Assembly: GCA_016748015.1 (NCBI GenBank)
Contig: JAAOMT010000785.1
Span: forward strand, 1 to 64,000
Direction of reading: 5' to 3'
Length of the DNA: 64,000 bases
From: Geosiphon pyriformis uo1
Lineage: Eukaryota > Fungi > Glomeromycota
A program made the translations under genes and the position numbers. Position 1 is the first letter of the stretch. Every line of letters begins with the position of its first letter. The notes beneath the pieces are model-generated. The model saw only the letters and a list, made by a program, of their open reading frames with translations, did no database searches and was not told where the DNA came from. Positions 50,819-64,000 of this stretch are shown here, in pieces.

Positions 50819-52966
50819 TTATTGCTTATTATCTAAATAAATTTTTGTTATTTATATTATTAAAACTTTTCATTGCCTAATTGAGACAATACTATAATCT
50901 AGATATTCTTATTTATATACATTGCTTAATAACTTGAAATTCTTTATCGATCTCCCACTTCAAGTCCCTCAATTCTTATTTTCATATGAAAATCTTTTGG
51001 AATTTATAATTAATCAACTGTTGGATTTTGAAAATCCCACCGTGCCTTCCCAGGATGAATAAGGACTGTCAAATCGCTAAACCTATGGACCGTCGCAGCT
51101 CATAGTTCAAATTGCTGTTGCATTTTTCAGGATCCTCATATTCTTTCTGTATTGTAAGTATTATAGTAAACTTTTTTGATACTTGGAGTAAAAACAAGAA
51201 AGTTTCTTGAAATTTTGCTTGTCGTGCAGAATTAACGACGATACTGTCCTTTCATTATGATTACATTTTCATCCAGATTTTCTAAATAATTGTAATCGGA
51301 ACTTCGGAATGCATGAGAAGAGTTAAACTATTATCAAAGTTTTAAGCCACTGAACATAAAACGTATATTGACTTCCAAATGTTAATTATTGATATCGAAG
51401 GCTTTTTTCCTTGTTTATAGCTTAGAAAGACCCGCATCTCCTTTTTGCTCACACACAAGTTAAATAAAATTAAACAAGTCTTACCTCTGCCAGCTGTTCT
51501 TTATATGATATTTGTAAATTTTCTTTACTGAATTGATTAACTTAATTATGGGACAGAGTCAGCTATGAAATTAAATTTTTTTCTTTGTTATATATTGAAC
51601 ATGTATATACAACTATCAGATTCAGAACTTAGACTTAGGAAATAAGTTTTTTAATTTTGCAAAGCCGGAGGGAGTTTTAAACATAGGAACGGAACATATT
51701 TTTACAAAGTGACACCGATTTCTTGAGTGCTAAGTACTTTCTATAAATAATGTCAGTTTATTGCTGAGTCAAACTAAATTTCTTTGTTAAGAAACCCGAA
51801 GAGAAAATTTCAACATAGCGCAATAAGCTCTTTTTTATTAAAATATACATATAATGATTGAAATGAGGTTTCTATATATCAATATTAAATTTCAAAAAAA
51901 TTCGCAAAGCACTTACTTGGAAAAACTTATTTTTTCAAAAAAATTTATGTTTTTTTTACTGCATATAAAGTTTTGAGGCTTTATTCTATGAGTTATATTG
52001 AGAATTTGGAACTATTATAGAGTAAATCTTAATAATATGATATCTTCTCTCTGCAAAGAGAAATCCACTTGAACTCTTGTTTCAAAGGATAATCTTAAAA
52101 TTGGTAAACAATATCTTTAAATCAAGGACCTTGAAGACAACCAAAGAAGATTCAAAAATCGCATCGCCCATGAATAGCTGTAAAAGATTTAGAAGCTATT
52201 TTAAGGCCCTTTCAGAAGCAAGCAGACTAGTTTCTTTAGAAAAAAAAAATGATAAGGTTTCAAAGCAAAATGTTCTCAAACAATGATTGGGATTAATTTT
52301 AACAGCTGAATAGGGGACTTGTTTTGAGAAAGTCCATGATTGGCATGCCATACGTCAGTCCGGAGCTTTGATATTGTTATTGCGAATTTTTTTAATTTCC
52401 TGTGGGGTCATTTTTCAGCAATGTACGTACAAGAGGACAGTTTGTATGTAGGATTTAAAGAAAGGTATGAAAAGCCTTTAATACATAATTAAAAGCGTAC
52501 TAATTTTCTAGTCGTTTCAATATTGGCCCCAATGACAGAGCCTCAAAATTTGGCCTCCTCAAATCAATTTGAAAAAATTGTGTTATGGGACCAAACCTAT
52601 TGATAACTAGACAATCAGGGAAAAGTGTGTTACAGACATCTAACATGGGATCTTATCTTGCAATTTCTAATCGTAGTTCACGCGTCTAATCTTCGGTCTG
52701 CTCATCTAACTTTTTTGGAGTTGGTTTGTGTTTTGACAAACAAAAAATTTACCCATTTTAGCATTTGTTTCATTAAATAAAGAAACAGAGCTACTTTCAG
52801 TTATTTCAGTTTTCTTCCAAACCAGCTTTCAGATTCTTTTATTCTTGTGGTATTTTTTTTTTTGGACTTTTAATTTTTGATAGTTCTTTATTCTATTCAT
52901 ATCTGAGGTACTATTTTAAATATCGCAAACACAAAGCCATATTTGTCATTTACAGAACATTTCACA

Positions 52967-54463
52967 ATGGATTCTGTGGAAGATACGAATGTCACGTTAC
53001 CATTCAAAAATGGATCTTCACCTGATTATAATCCTGGAGATGTTGGATTCGTTTTAATGTCGACAGCTTTGGTGTTTTTTATGGTGCCTGGAGTTGGATA
53101 CTTTTATAGTGGGATGGCACGCAGTAAAAATGCTCTGTCTCTAATATTGTTAAGCCTCCTATCAATTGCGGTAGTTTCATTTCAGGTATATTCTTAAAAA
53201 GGTATCTTACTATAGTTTTTATATTTAATTCTTTGTTTCTAAAAAATTTTTAAATTCTATTAGTGGTGGTTTTGGGGCTTCAGTTTAACATATAGCAAAG
53301 ACAGCGGAAAATTTATAGGAAATTTTCGTAATATATTCTTGCAAAACGTTCAAAATGAACCGTCGCCTGTTAGCCAAAAAATTCCAGATCTTGTTTTTGC
53401 ATTATACCAACTCATGTTCGCAGCAATAACTCCAGCTCTGGCAATAGGGGCAGCTGCCGAACGAGCACGTTTATTTCCAACAATTATTTTCATTTTTGTC
53501 TGGACAACACTAGTATATGATGTAATTGCACATTGGGTTTGGTCACCCAATGGATGGGCATATATGATGGGTGCTATCGATTTTGCTGGGGGAACGCCTG
53601 TTCATATTTCTTGCGGAGCTGCTGCACTTGCTTATTGTATGATCCTTGGTAAACGAAACGGCCATGGGACTGAAGAGTTTAGACCTCATAATGTTTCTAA
53701 TATCGCACTTGGAACTGTGATGATGTGGTTCGGTTGGTTTGGATTTAACGGCGGTTCAGCATTATCTGCAAACCTTCGTGCAGCAAATGCTATGTATGTC
53801 ACCAATTTGTCGGCTTCTGTAGGTGGATTAACTTGGATGTTTTTAGATTATCGTCTCGAGCGCAAACTTTCGACACTAAGTTTCTGTTCGGGTATCATCG
53901 CTGGTCTTGTAGCAATTACTCCAGGATCTGGATATGTTAGCCCATCAGCAGCACTTTTATTTGGTTTCCTTGCTGGGCTTATCTGCAACCTTTCCGTAAA
54001 ATTAAAACATGTTTTTGAATTTGACGACGCTTTGGATGTGTTTGCAGTTCACGGTGTCGGTGGCATTCTTGGAAATCTTTTGACGGGAATATTTGCTCAA
54101 AAATCCATTGCCTTTTATGATAATCATGAGAGAATTAAAGGTGGCTGGTTAGACCATCATTGGGAGCAAATAGCTTACCAGCTAGCCACCTCAATGGCTG
54201 GTCTATTTTATTCATTTGCTGTCACATACATCATATTATTTATCATGAATATACTACCTGGACTTTCAATTCGTGCTAGCCATGAAGCAGAAGTCAAAGG
54301 GATTGATGAGTCTGAGATTGGTGAAAATGCCTATTATCACGTCGCCAGACTTATGGCCGCCAATGCTAGAACTGGGGAGTTACGAACAATTCGAGAAACT
54401 TCAAATTTTCAAAATAACGTAGGAAAAATCGATCGAACCGAAAGAACATTTGCTCATTTTTAA
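52967..54463 (+). CDS. AMT: Ammonium transporter (Mep/Amt family), copy C; exons 52967-53185, 53264-54463
   Basis: Same Amt signatures; longer N-terminus MDSVEDTNVTLPFKNGSS with two N-glycosylation sequons. Confidence 0.97.
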
Positions 54464-56161
54464 CTTTTTATTTAACGCATTTTCGACTTTTAATTTTTAT
54501 TGTATTTATCATGTAATAATTTAAATTTTAATACTAGCATAATCTTATGATTAAAAGAAGAATTCTAGAATCTAATTTCAGGATTTTCTAATTATAAATG
54601 TACCAAGATTACTGAACTTTTAGAGGCAAATAAATGCAAAATATTTTTGTGCTCTGATAGTAGCCATATTTATCCCAAGAACCCTTTTTATGCTGCTAAT
54701 TGGCTAGGTCAATATAGCAAATACTTTTTGGATAATTTCTCTTTATTTATATTACCTAAAACATCTGCTTAGACTAATCAAAATTTTCTGTTAGTGGATA
54801 TTTTCAAAATATTAAAACCAAAGTTTTATGATTAAACTATGATTGCAAAGGATATTTAGACACATCTTATAATTTAATCAAAATAGAATTATCTTAAAAC
54901 TATATCCGGTCTTTTACTATTGTAAGATGCCATATGCAAAAAAAGTTGGTTTAAAAAACCAAAGCCATAAAAATGTATGATAAGTTGAATTTAATTATAG
55001 CTTTAATCCAAAGATATAAGCTTTTTTCAATGTCAATAAAAAGACAAAAAATTTAAAAAAACCAAAAAATAACAAAATTCAGCTCCATATTATGCATTCA
55101 ATATACTACCAGTAAATTATTCAAATTTACAATAGCAAAAATCAAATCAGCAAAATCAGTTTTTACTCTAAAATCAATTTCAATTCACATATTTAGCAAA
55201 CCATAACCATAATTAATTAGTTTCTATTTTTTATTAAATTATTATCCAAAACTTGATTACTAAATAAATACAGTATATTATGCTCTAAAATTATCATTTT
55301 AATAATTATTTTATGTTTAAAAAAAATTTTTTTTATTGACTTGAAATATTTTTTGCTTAAAAAAATAATAATAAATAAAATCAAACTTCAAAAACACTTG
55401 TTAATTAATTATTTTTATGCAATTATAAAATTAATATATTGGAAAAAACAATTTGATTTAATTAATTAAAAGCTTTTAATAATTATCTAAATCATTTTTT
55501 GTGTGAAAAAATTATAAATAACTTTTAAAAAAAACTAAATTATTGCCAATGAATAATTCCATTATATTGTTGTGTTTGTTTACATGGACTTTGAGTATTT
55601 TTTGGGATATTTAATTTTTATCAAAATTGTATTCTATGAAAAAAAATCTAATAAGAAAAAATTTATTTTTTTTGTTACTTTCTTTACATTTAAGCTTTCT
55701 GTTTATGTAACAAGAATAAACCAAGCAAAAGTGAGTGATGATATTTAAAAAAGGAAATCGGCAACAGAAAATCAAAGAACCATCACGATCAGTAGTAATC
55801 ACATTTCCCCACAAGGAAAGCCAAGAAAGAATAAATGAAACATTCGGTGCATTAATCCTTGGGAATTAACAATAGTGCCCAGATGTTACATATGTGACAA
55901 ACTGAACATTTTTGGCCAAGTACATTGGAAATTGCCGACGTCACTATCTTGCAAAAGGAAACGATCAACTCCAATGAAACTTGGATTTCGGACTCTGAAT
56001 TACGAATACCCAAATTAATTACATATGCAAAAGGACTTATAAAGCCGTCCCTTGAACCCCGCTTTTTTTAGCAAAAAGTTTTCTTCGTTTTATTGAACAG
56101 AAAATATTACAATCAAATAAATTTCTCCCCATACTTCATCTTTAACTTTAACCTTTGAAAA

Positions 56162-57307
56162 ATGACAACCATCAAAGTCATTTATAAATCTATTATTCGT
56201 CGCTTCAGTCTTCCATCAAACACCCGTTGGACCGACTTAGAGGCTAAAGTTCGTGAACTTTTTTCCATTCCATCCACAATCCCAATTCAACTTTCATATA
56301 GGGATGAAGACGGTGATGCTATCACTCTTTCAACCGACTTTGAGCTTCAAGAAATTTTGACTCAACAGCCACAAGGAACTACCTTTAAATTCATTTTGAG
56401 TGTTTTGTCGGTTGACGAGAATGAAGAGAATAAAGCGGATGAAGATTCTTGGGTGTTGGAGAGTAGAGAACGTGCTGAATCGATAAATACGGTTATGTCC
56501 GATGAAACTGCAAGTATTCCTGAAGAGGCTACTGGTTTGCAAATTCAGCAAGAACATGTTATCGCGAACCCAGAAAATCCGTTCTTACAACACTCAGAAC
56601 CACAAAAAATACAAAAGCCGATACAAACAAGTGAAGAGACTGTTGCAACAAAGGAACCCATTATTGAACCCCAATCTCGATCACCTTCTTATAATCATAC
56701 TATTCTTACCGATGAAGTCAACGATCCGATTTCACAGCAAAATGACTTAGAAAAGGATAAACAAAAAGAAGCTCCTGGTGAAACTTCAAATATAGCTGCC
56801 TCCTCATCTACTTCAAAAACAGAAGAACAAAGTCCAATCATTGGTTTCGCTGCAAAATTTCTGAATCAATGCCAAGATGGTTTAGCATCTAATCCTCAAA
56901 TTTTTGAAACTATTCATGGTGTTATGGAAAAAATACGTGCTGTTCCGGCTGAACTCGCTTCTTTTCGTAATCGCTTTGTAGCTGAAGCTACCAGAGAAGG
57001 TGAAACCAGTGATAATGATTTTTTCTCTTGGGCTAGAGGTCGTTCTTTCCCATTTTCATTTTCCCAAGAAGAAGAGCTCACACAAGAAGCTCTTCAAGAA
57101 AAACTCGATCTTCTTCATCAGATGGGATACTGCGAAGATGATGAACAAAATACCAACTTATTGAATCTTTACAATGGTAATCTTGAATACGTCATCGAAG
57201 TATTAATTGAGCAACAAGAGCAACGTGTTCGAGCCCCCCAAGGACAGGAAAGGTCCTCTTCAAATAATGGACAAGAAGGCCAAGAAACACGGCCATACAA
57301 TATTTAG
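56162..57307 (+). CDS. PB1 plus UBA domain protein (p62/NBR1-like), 381 aa, single exon
   Basis: N-terminal TIKV..IRRF and OPCA motif YRDEDGDAITLSTDFEL; C-terminal UBA-like LDLLHQMGY...NLLNLYNGNLEYVIEVL. Confidence 0.85.
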   Translation: MTTIKVIYKSIIRRFSLPSNTRWTDLEAKVRELFSIPSTIPIQLSYRDEDGDAITLSTDFELQEILTQQPQGTTFKFILSVLSVDENEENKADEDSWVLESRERAESINTVMSDETASIPEEATGLQIQQEHVIANPENPFLQHSEPQKIQKPIQTSEETVATKEPIIEPQSRSPSYNHTILTDEVNDPISQQNDLEKDKQKEAPGETSNIAASSSTSKTEEQSPIIGFAAKFLNQCQDGLASNPQIFETIHGVMEKIRAVPAELASFRNRFVAEATREGETSDNDFFSWARGRSFPFSFSQEEELTQEALQEKLDLLHQMGYCEDDEQNTNLLNLYNGNLEYVIEVLIEQQEQRVRAPQGQERSSSNNGQEGQETRPYNI

Positions 57308-60110
57308 ATGGGTCAATCATTTTCTAAACAAGTTAATTTTGCTGGCAATATTCAGTTATTCAATATTGCATGTGTTTATAATTAGGAGAAATCTTCTTTT
57401 AACGTGATTATCGATAAACAAAAAATGATATTTCTAGGGTTGCTTGATGATGAAAACCAAAGTGACTTTGGTGTTAATGAGGCACGAAAAACCTTTTATC
57501 CTCATGCTTTGGCAACAACTTAATTCAAACATTTAAAAGAAAGTCTTGGCTATCTTGCTCAATTTATTAGTTAGGATACAACTAAAATAATTTTTTTAAA
57601 AATATAACCAATTTTGAATTATCAAAGATTTTTTTACTGCAAATTATCAGTTTAATATTCAGAATATATCAAGGTCAAAATATATAAGGCTTGTAATCTT
57701 GAAAATAAAATGATCTTTTTTTGTTAGAACATCATCAATTAGTTGTTGTTTCATTATTAACATGAAATGTTGATTATCAAAATCAAAAGAAAAAAAAGCA
57801 CTAATTGTTTTGGCTAAACATCAAAAATTAAATATTTCAAGTTTAGTAAAACCAAAAATCATTTTTTATTTTTTTAATATACTTTAAGATGAATAAAATT
57901 TTTAAAAATATCTTATAAGTTTATTGTAAAAAAGTAATATTAAATTTTTTACACAGGAACGAAAGATTATTTGTACTCTTTAATTTATTTAATTTGTAAA
58001 ATAATTGTGTTTTCTTTCGAAAGATTTTGGGTAAAAAAATTAATAATTGCATTGGTTAAAATAAAATTATTTTATCATGCTGAATTTATAAATTGAAAAA
58101 AAACATCATATTTGACAAATAATTTGTACCGATATTTAAAAAATCAATTTCACAAAAATTATTTTAATTTGCTACCCCCCCTCCTTCATATCTGAGCATT
58201 AAAGAATTTGAAACCTTCCATTAAATAAAGGTGCAAAAAATTCTCAAATCATGATCATAGATTTCAAGGAAATGGTTGTTTTGATTAAAATGCTTGAATA
58301 TTTTTTATTGGAATAAAGAATTTCTTTGTATCATTTCTAAAAATATAAACACCAGAAGCCGTAATAAGGATATTGTACGTAGTCAATATTTTTCTTTTGT
58401 AAATCTACCAAATTACAAATAAAAGGTATGGGAAAATATGGTTAATAGAAATGCATTTGATAAACAGTGATCAATGCTAATTTTGTAGTAATGGGAAATT
58501 TGAAATTTTATTTGCATATGACGGAGTAATCATTTCCTTTGAATACTTTGCAATTTTTAATTAATTTTCAAATCAAGCTACCAAATATTTGATATACAAT
58601 TATCAAATCCGAACATTTTTGAAAATTTGTTTTCGGTGATCAAAGGATAGTCTTTTCTGCGATTAATTAATTATTTGCAAAGCGAATTAAGCTAATTATG
58701 AAAGGAAAACATGTCGAGTTTCTTGCCAATAAAAATAAACCATCTCTTTTGCAATAGGTATTTCTTAAGAATGTTATTTATTTGCAATAAGTTAATGGTA
58801 GCAAAGTGTCGAGTATATAGGTTTTTGGAATGGTATACTGAAAATATTAATAAATTAATGATACTGTTCCAACCTCAGATTGCGAATGCTGAATTGAGAC
58901 CAAGAAACGTATTAACAAAAATTTGGTAATTTTACGAATTAGTAATGAGATTAATTTTCCTATCAATCAATACCTACTTTATATCAAGGTAAAAGCTTCA
59001 TTTTTTGATAAGCGAAAGTTTTATTCAAAGCTTTAGACATTCTGTGTTTAAATATTTAATTACTTTAACTGTTCGATTTCTCTTTTTTAACCAAAAATTA
59101 TGATTGCTTTCAAAGAAAAATTGCAATTTTGAGAGTCAGATGTAGAATTTTTAAGGCTTATATTTAAAATAATTCAAAAAATTTTGCCTTAGAAGTTTTA
59201 ACTTTAATAATAAAATTACTCAAAGTAAAATTACTTTTAATGAGAATAAAAATTGTGAGTTAATTTACATTTTTGAAAGAGAAAATTAAGGGCTGTTTCA
59301 AAAATTATGAATATAGAGAGTAATAAATGAGTTCTAATTAAAATATCTTATGCATGAGGTTGAGTGTGCATTTACAATAATTTTATTTATTTAATCGTTT
59401 TGTCTTGAAATTTTTCGTCGAATGAAGTTTTCGGAAAATACTTTTTTGTCAAGAATTTTATATTTTCAATTATTGTCATCTATTTTCAATTTATTATTTT
59501 TTATTTGATTATTATTTTAATTTATTATTAGTCTCATTTTTAGCCAAATTATTAACTTATTTTAACAAATAAATCTAAAATTATTATCAAAATTTAATTG
59601 GATTAATTTTCTTGACAATAATTTTTTGTTTATATTATAATATTATATTTCAAGTTATTATTTTAATATATTATAATTATTGATAACGTGATTTTCACCA
59701 ACTTATATTAATTTTAAAATATATATTCATTCAAAACTACTCTTCAATCTCAAGTTAATTCTAATTTTTAAGATTCTATGCTTATTTATAAAAGTAAAAA
59801 ATTGTAGTTTGCAGATATTATATTTGATATAAAAGCCCTCTGAGTTTATAAAAGAAATTTATTAGCACAAAAGGGAAAATCAGCAAACTTATCAGACAGT
59901 CTTATCTTTTCAAACGCATGTATCGTAAACATTGAAATGAAATTTTTGGTTTAAAGTAACGATCTACAAAATACCTAATCAATATTATTCCATAAAAAGT
60001 TTTTTCCCAGATGTTTTATTAGACTGAAAATAATATTTTGTGCTGCCATAGGAGAGCAATAACTTATTTGGTACTTTGCTGAAGAAAATTTATAGTCATT
60101 TCATAAAACA

Positions 60111-61541
60111 ATGGTTTTAAAAATGCACTTTTCTCGCCATATTGCTTTATCACTTTCTTCTATACTTTTTATTTGTATATTAAAACTTTGGAATTCATTC
60201 ACATCTTTAAACCATTTTGTTACATATACCATTGCAAAGGAACAGTTTGAAACTAATCATACTACAATAGGTATCAATGAAATACCTTAAAGAAACAGTC
60301 AATTTTAAAGAAAGTACAAACCATTCACATCGTATTAAACATCTTTTTCTTGTAAAAGACTTTACAGATTTTCAACCACCTTATATAGGTCTCCCAACTC
60401 CTGAGCCTTTATTTTTTTCAAGTAATTTTCTGAACGAAAATAAAAAACTCTCTTTTTTAAAAAATTCCAATTCGAGCCATCCTAACAACGTTCGTAGAAG
60501 CCGATCTAGCAGCAGAAAAGAACTTTGCACAGATGTTGAACTATTAAAAACTTATAAATCAAGTGCATGGCTAGCAATGAGAGCATCATGCCTCAAGAAA
60601 TCGAAAAAAAATATGGTTGTGCCTGGAATTTATGGTAAAAAATTTGTCATAAATTGAGAATTCGCTCTTAATTAACAAAAAATCTCGAATTTTTTAAGCT
60701 CGAATTGGGATTTCATCCGATGAATTGGTTCTCTACATCCATGCAGATGAGCTAAGTAAAGAAGAATGGTTATCTCGAAAAAATAATTTGGTCGATTATC
60801 CCCAAATAAAAGGAGGAAAAGTTGATGAAGGATTTTACTTGAAATTTCTTGAAACTAAAGGAGTGATGACCCTTAAGATAGCATCTACTTTAGTGAAAAC
60901 CAAGATATCTAAGATTAAGGTAGCTGCATATGGAATTGGGGCTGGTAAGTTTGTTTTCTTCTTTTAAAGATATTTCTTTACTTTTTTAATACCTACTTAA
61001 TTCACACAGTGTATGGCATCCTGACAATGCTGGAATTGTTAACAATCACACATGATATCAATATATATGTGTATTCTTATGGGCAACCACATATTGGAAA
61101 TAGAATATTTGCCCAATATATTAGTCAAATAGGAAGGTTCCTGAAAATCGCTCGTTTTACTTTTAAAGATGATTTCGTCCCTCGAATGCCAGTGAATGGA
61201 TATCATGATTATCTGCATCATATAATGGAAGTTTGGATCGAATCTGATGGATGTTCATGTGATGAGAGGGTATATTTTTGTATGGGCGAGACAAAAGAGA
61301 TTAAAGGGTTTCGTTATGTGGAGGAAAGCATGGTATTTTTCATTCATTTAAATAATTCTGAACATTTTTTTACGGCTTCAGTCTACCAAATGGAATTATA
61401 TTAAATTACTAGAACTGCAATAATCAATTTCGAGACGCAAATTTCGAATCCCACAAAGGTCCCTATTTTGGGTATACGATGGGTGTTTGCCTTGAAGAAT
61501 TACCGCCATCTCCGGGTTTTAGTTATGTTTTCCTTTGGTGA
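60111..61541 (+). CDS. Class-3 lipase-like protein lacking the catalytic serine, with an apparent frameshift near 60280; exons ~60111-60634, 60699-60944, 61010-61332, 61413-61541
   Basis: Close paralogue of 34213 (PPYIGLP, AWLAMRASCLKK, WLSRKN, VAAYGIGAV, YSYGQPHIGN, DDFVPRMP, HKGPYFG); the ATG 60111 frame stops at 60290. Confidence 0.8.
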
Positions 61542-62370
61542 AATTCTTTTTAATTTATTGTTGCTTTTTGATTTTTATCATCTATTTTCAGCCAGTAAAT
61601 AATATTTCAAAGTAAATTAATTTTTAACCTAAAAATATTTTGTATTATGTATTATAAAATTATTGAAAACAAATAAAAAACAATAGAATTGCTAAATTCA
61701 GCTATTTCGTAAAATTACTAATATCAGGTTGATTATAAGAAAGAAGAAATTTCTAGATTATGATATGCCTTTGGAATTTTTCATAATTTGGATGAAGCTA
61801 AAATTTTGTAAAAAAGAACCAGTAATAACTTCGTTATTGAATAGATTATAAAATTATTTTTTATGAGAAAAAAATAATAAACAATGTGGCCATGTTAATC
61901 TCATTATTGAAATTTGGACTATTTCACAAAGCATTTTTTTAAGAATTATAAACCAGGAAAATGGGAAAAATATGAAACTTTATTAAAAATATTGTTACAT
62001 CATTTCTTGACAGCTACCAGAGATAGGAGTAAGTGATTTCATCTAAATTCTTTAAAATTGAAACAATCACAATCCACTAAAATAAATATTCCCAAAAGCC
62101 TTTTGCAACAATAACCGGATTATTAAAATTTAAATAGGTAAAATTAATATCAACGAAAGAAGCCGATAGTTTTTGAAATCCATTAAATTATGAAATTTTG
62201 GAATGGTGAAATTCAAAAAATTTAGCATTTAATTATGAAACTGCCACCCCTTTTTTTATTTTTCGTTGATAATATTGATGCTTTTCTCGCGCTTATTAAT
62301 ATTTTGTGTTATTTATAAAAATATAAATTCTATCTTTTGGATATTTGAACATTTTATTAAAATTCAGTTA

Positions 62371-64000
62371 AATTGATACTTTGGAAATTCTTTAAAAAAG
62401 ACTAATTGTCCTAGCATATTGCCTTATGTCATCAAAATTTGAAAGATATTTTTTGAATTATAATGTTTTCTTACGCAAAAAATTTTAATGCTTTTTTGGT
62501 AATCCGAGAAATAAGACTCACAAGAAAAGGATGGTTCTCAAGAGAAACTTGCTCGAGTAAAATTTATCACGTCGACCTGCTTTTCAAGGTTGATAAAAAT
62601 TTACATAAAAAATATGATAGCTCAGCAGGATTATTAACAAAACAGGAGCTATTTTAATTTTTATTACAACAATTTTGGCTGAAGGTATTCATAAATGCTA
62701 GAAATAGGTTTGAAAATATTGATTTATTAAAATTCCCAATGCTTATTCTATCCTTTTCATCCGACGATATGATAAAATTACAATCCACTTTCTTCACTCT
62801 TGCTCTTCTCTTTTTAAACAAACAAACCAAAGCAACAAAATATCGTTTTCAATATTGCTTTAGGCATCTTTAAAGTAAAATTGAACCTTTCAAATGGCTA
62901 GATGGCCAAAATATCTGCACTTTGTATTTTTGATTATCTATAAGATTTTTCCATCCACGGTCACTGAATATAGAAAATTAGAAATATAATTGATTTGTAA
63001 TATTCAAAGCTATACCTAATAATTTCAATTCCCAAACCAAATACATGTATATGTATTAATTCATGTCTTTGATTCAAAATCTAAATAGAATTCTCATTGA
63101 ATGTAAGCAGAGCTTTGCAAAAGAGGCCAACACCGAAGATAACCAATATTTTTTTAGTCACATTTTTACATTAAAAATTCAAGGCCAAATAACTCACCTC
63201 CGTGGGCTCAAAAATGTTTTTTCAAAACGATAAGCTCTTGAAATTATGAAAAACTTTATTTGATATGCCAGCCCTTCATATTCTATGAATTGGATTCATG
63301 GAAGACTGAGACCCTCGAATAAAAATTCAATACGCAATTGTGAACGAGAATTTCAAACTCAATAAATCTTTTAAATTTTTTCTAATTTCAGGAATCTAGT
63401 TTAAAGAAATATTTAAGGTCAACATCAATTAAAATGAGTCCATCTCTATTTTTAATTTTTTTTAAAAAAGAATTTGGTGAAGATAAATGTTTATGATTAA
63501 ACGTACATCTTAACGAAGATTGTTCTAAAAACTTTGATTCGTTGAGCTTTAATATGGGCTTTAAAGTTTTGATAATTTAAGCCTTTGTCAAGTTTTAGGC
63601 TTCCCTTAGATAGTCTACTTTATCATTTATCTAACTCATCTTCATAAGAATTTCAAGTTTAAGAAAGTAGCCCAATTTTAGAATCAATTTTTTGGCTAAA
63701 ATGAATGCATCCATTAATGATCAATACTTCAAACTATACATGCCAATATTGTCCTTTCACATGTATTAACAAGTATAATATATTGGAACAATATTAGTCA
63801 CGTTAGAATACGGTGTTAAAAATAAATATTGTTTTGGATGAACACAACATCCACAAGTAATTTTAAATTCATGGCATATTTGGTCAGCTAGGAGGCTAAA
63901 AAAAAAATATATTACAAATTCTTGTGTGTTTTCTAGATTGGAAATATTCTTTTCGAAATAAGATTTAACTTTGACTATAGTGTCACGCAACAGTTGTGGT
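62371..64000. repeat. Diverged inverted duplication, partner 31297-32878; runs off the window end
   Basis: Reverse-complement collinearity with the partner. Confidence 0.93.

Noticed and set aside
50960-51510. Slightly GC-richer patch next to the tRNA, considered as snRNA/snoRNA or a gene
   Set aside because: No recognisable RNA motifs; only broken minus-strand frames that I cannot assign

Overview
AT-rich, intron-containing fungal nuclear DNA with four assembly gaps. The gene families present (TKL-type kinases, kinase-Sel1 fusion, F-box/LRR, multiple class-3 lipases, Mep/Amt transporters) point to Glomeromycotina; Geosiphon or a relative is a guess, not established. Apparently intact genes: F-box/LRR, a CsbD-like protein, a multi-exon RasGEF, a WGR-domain protein, an unknown 4-exon gene, three clustered ammonium transporters, initiator tRNA-Met, a PB1-UBA (p62/NBR1-like) protein and class-3 lipases. 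Most notable points: (1) lipase paralogues that replace the catalytic GHSLG elbow with AYGIG but keep the Asp and His motifs, sitting near an active copy; (2) the clearly recognisable lipases and the AMT triplet share a ~29.5 kb block bracketed by a diverged inverted repeat of at least 1.6 kb that has a near-identical 140-nt core; (3) a long inverted repeat at the window start, built partly from decayed 28S rRNA pieces and enclosing kinase remnants. Exon coordinates and alignments were read by eye, and family calls come from motif recognition, not searches.
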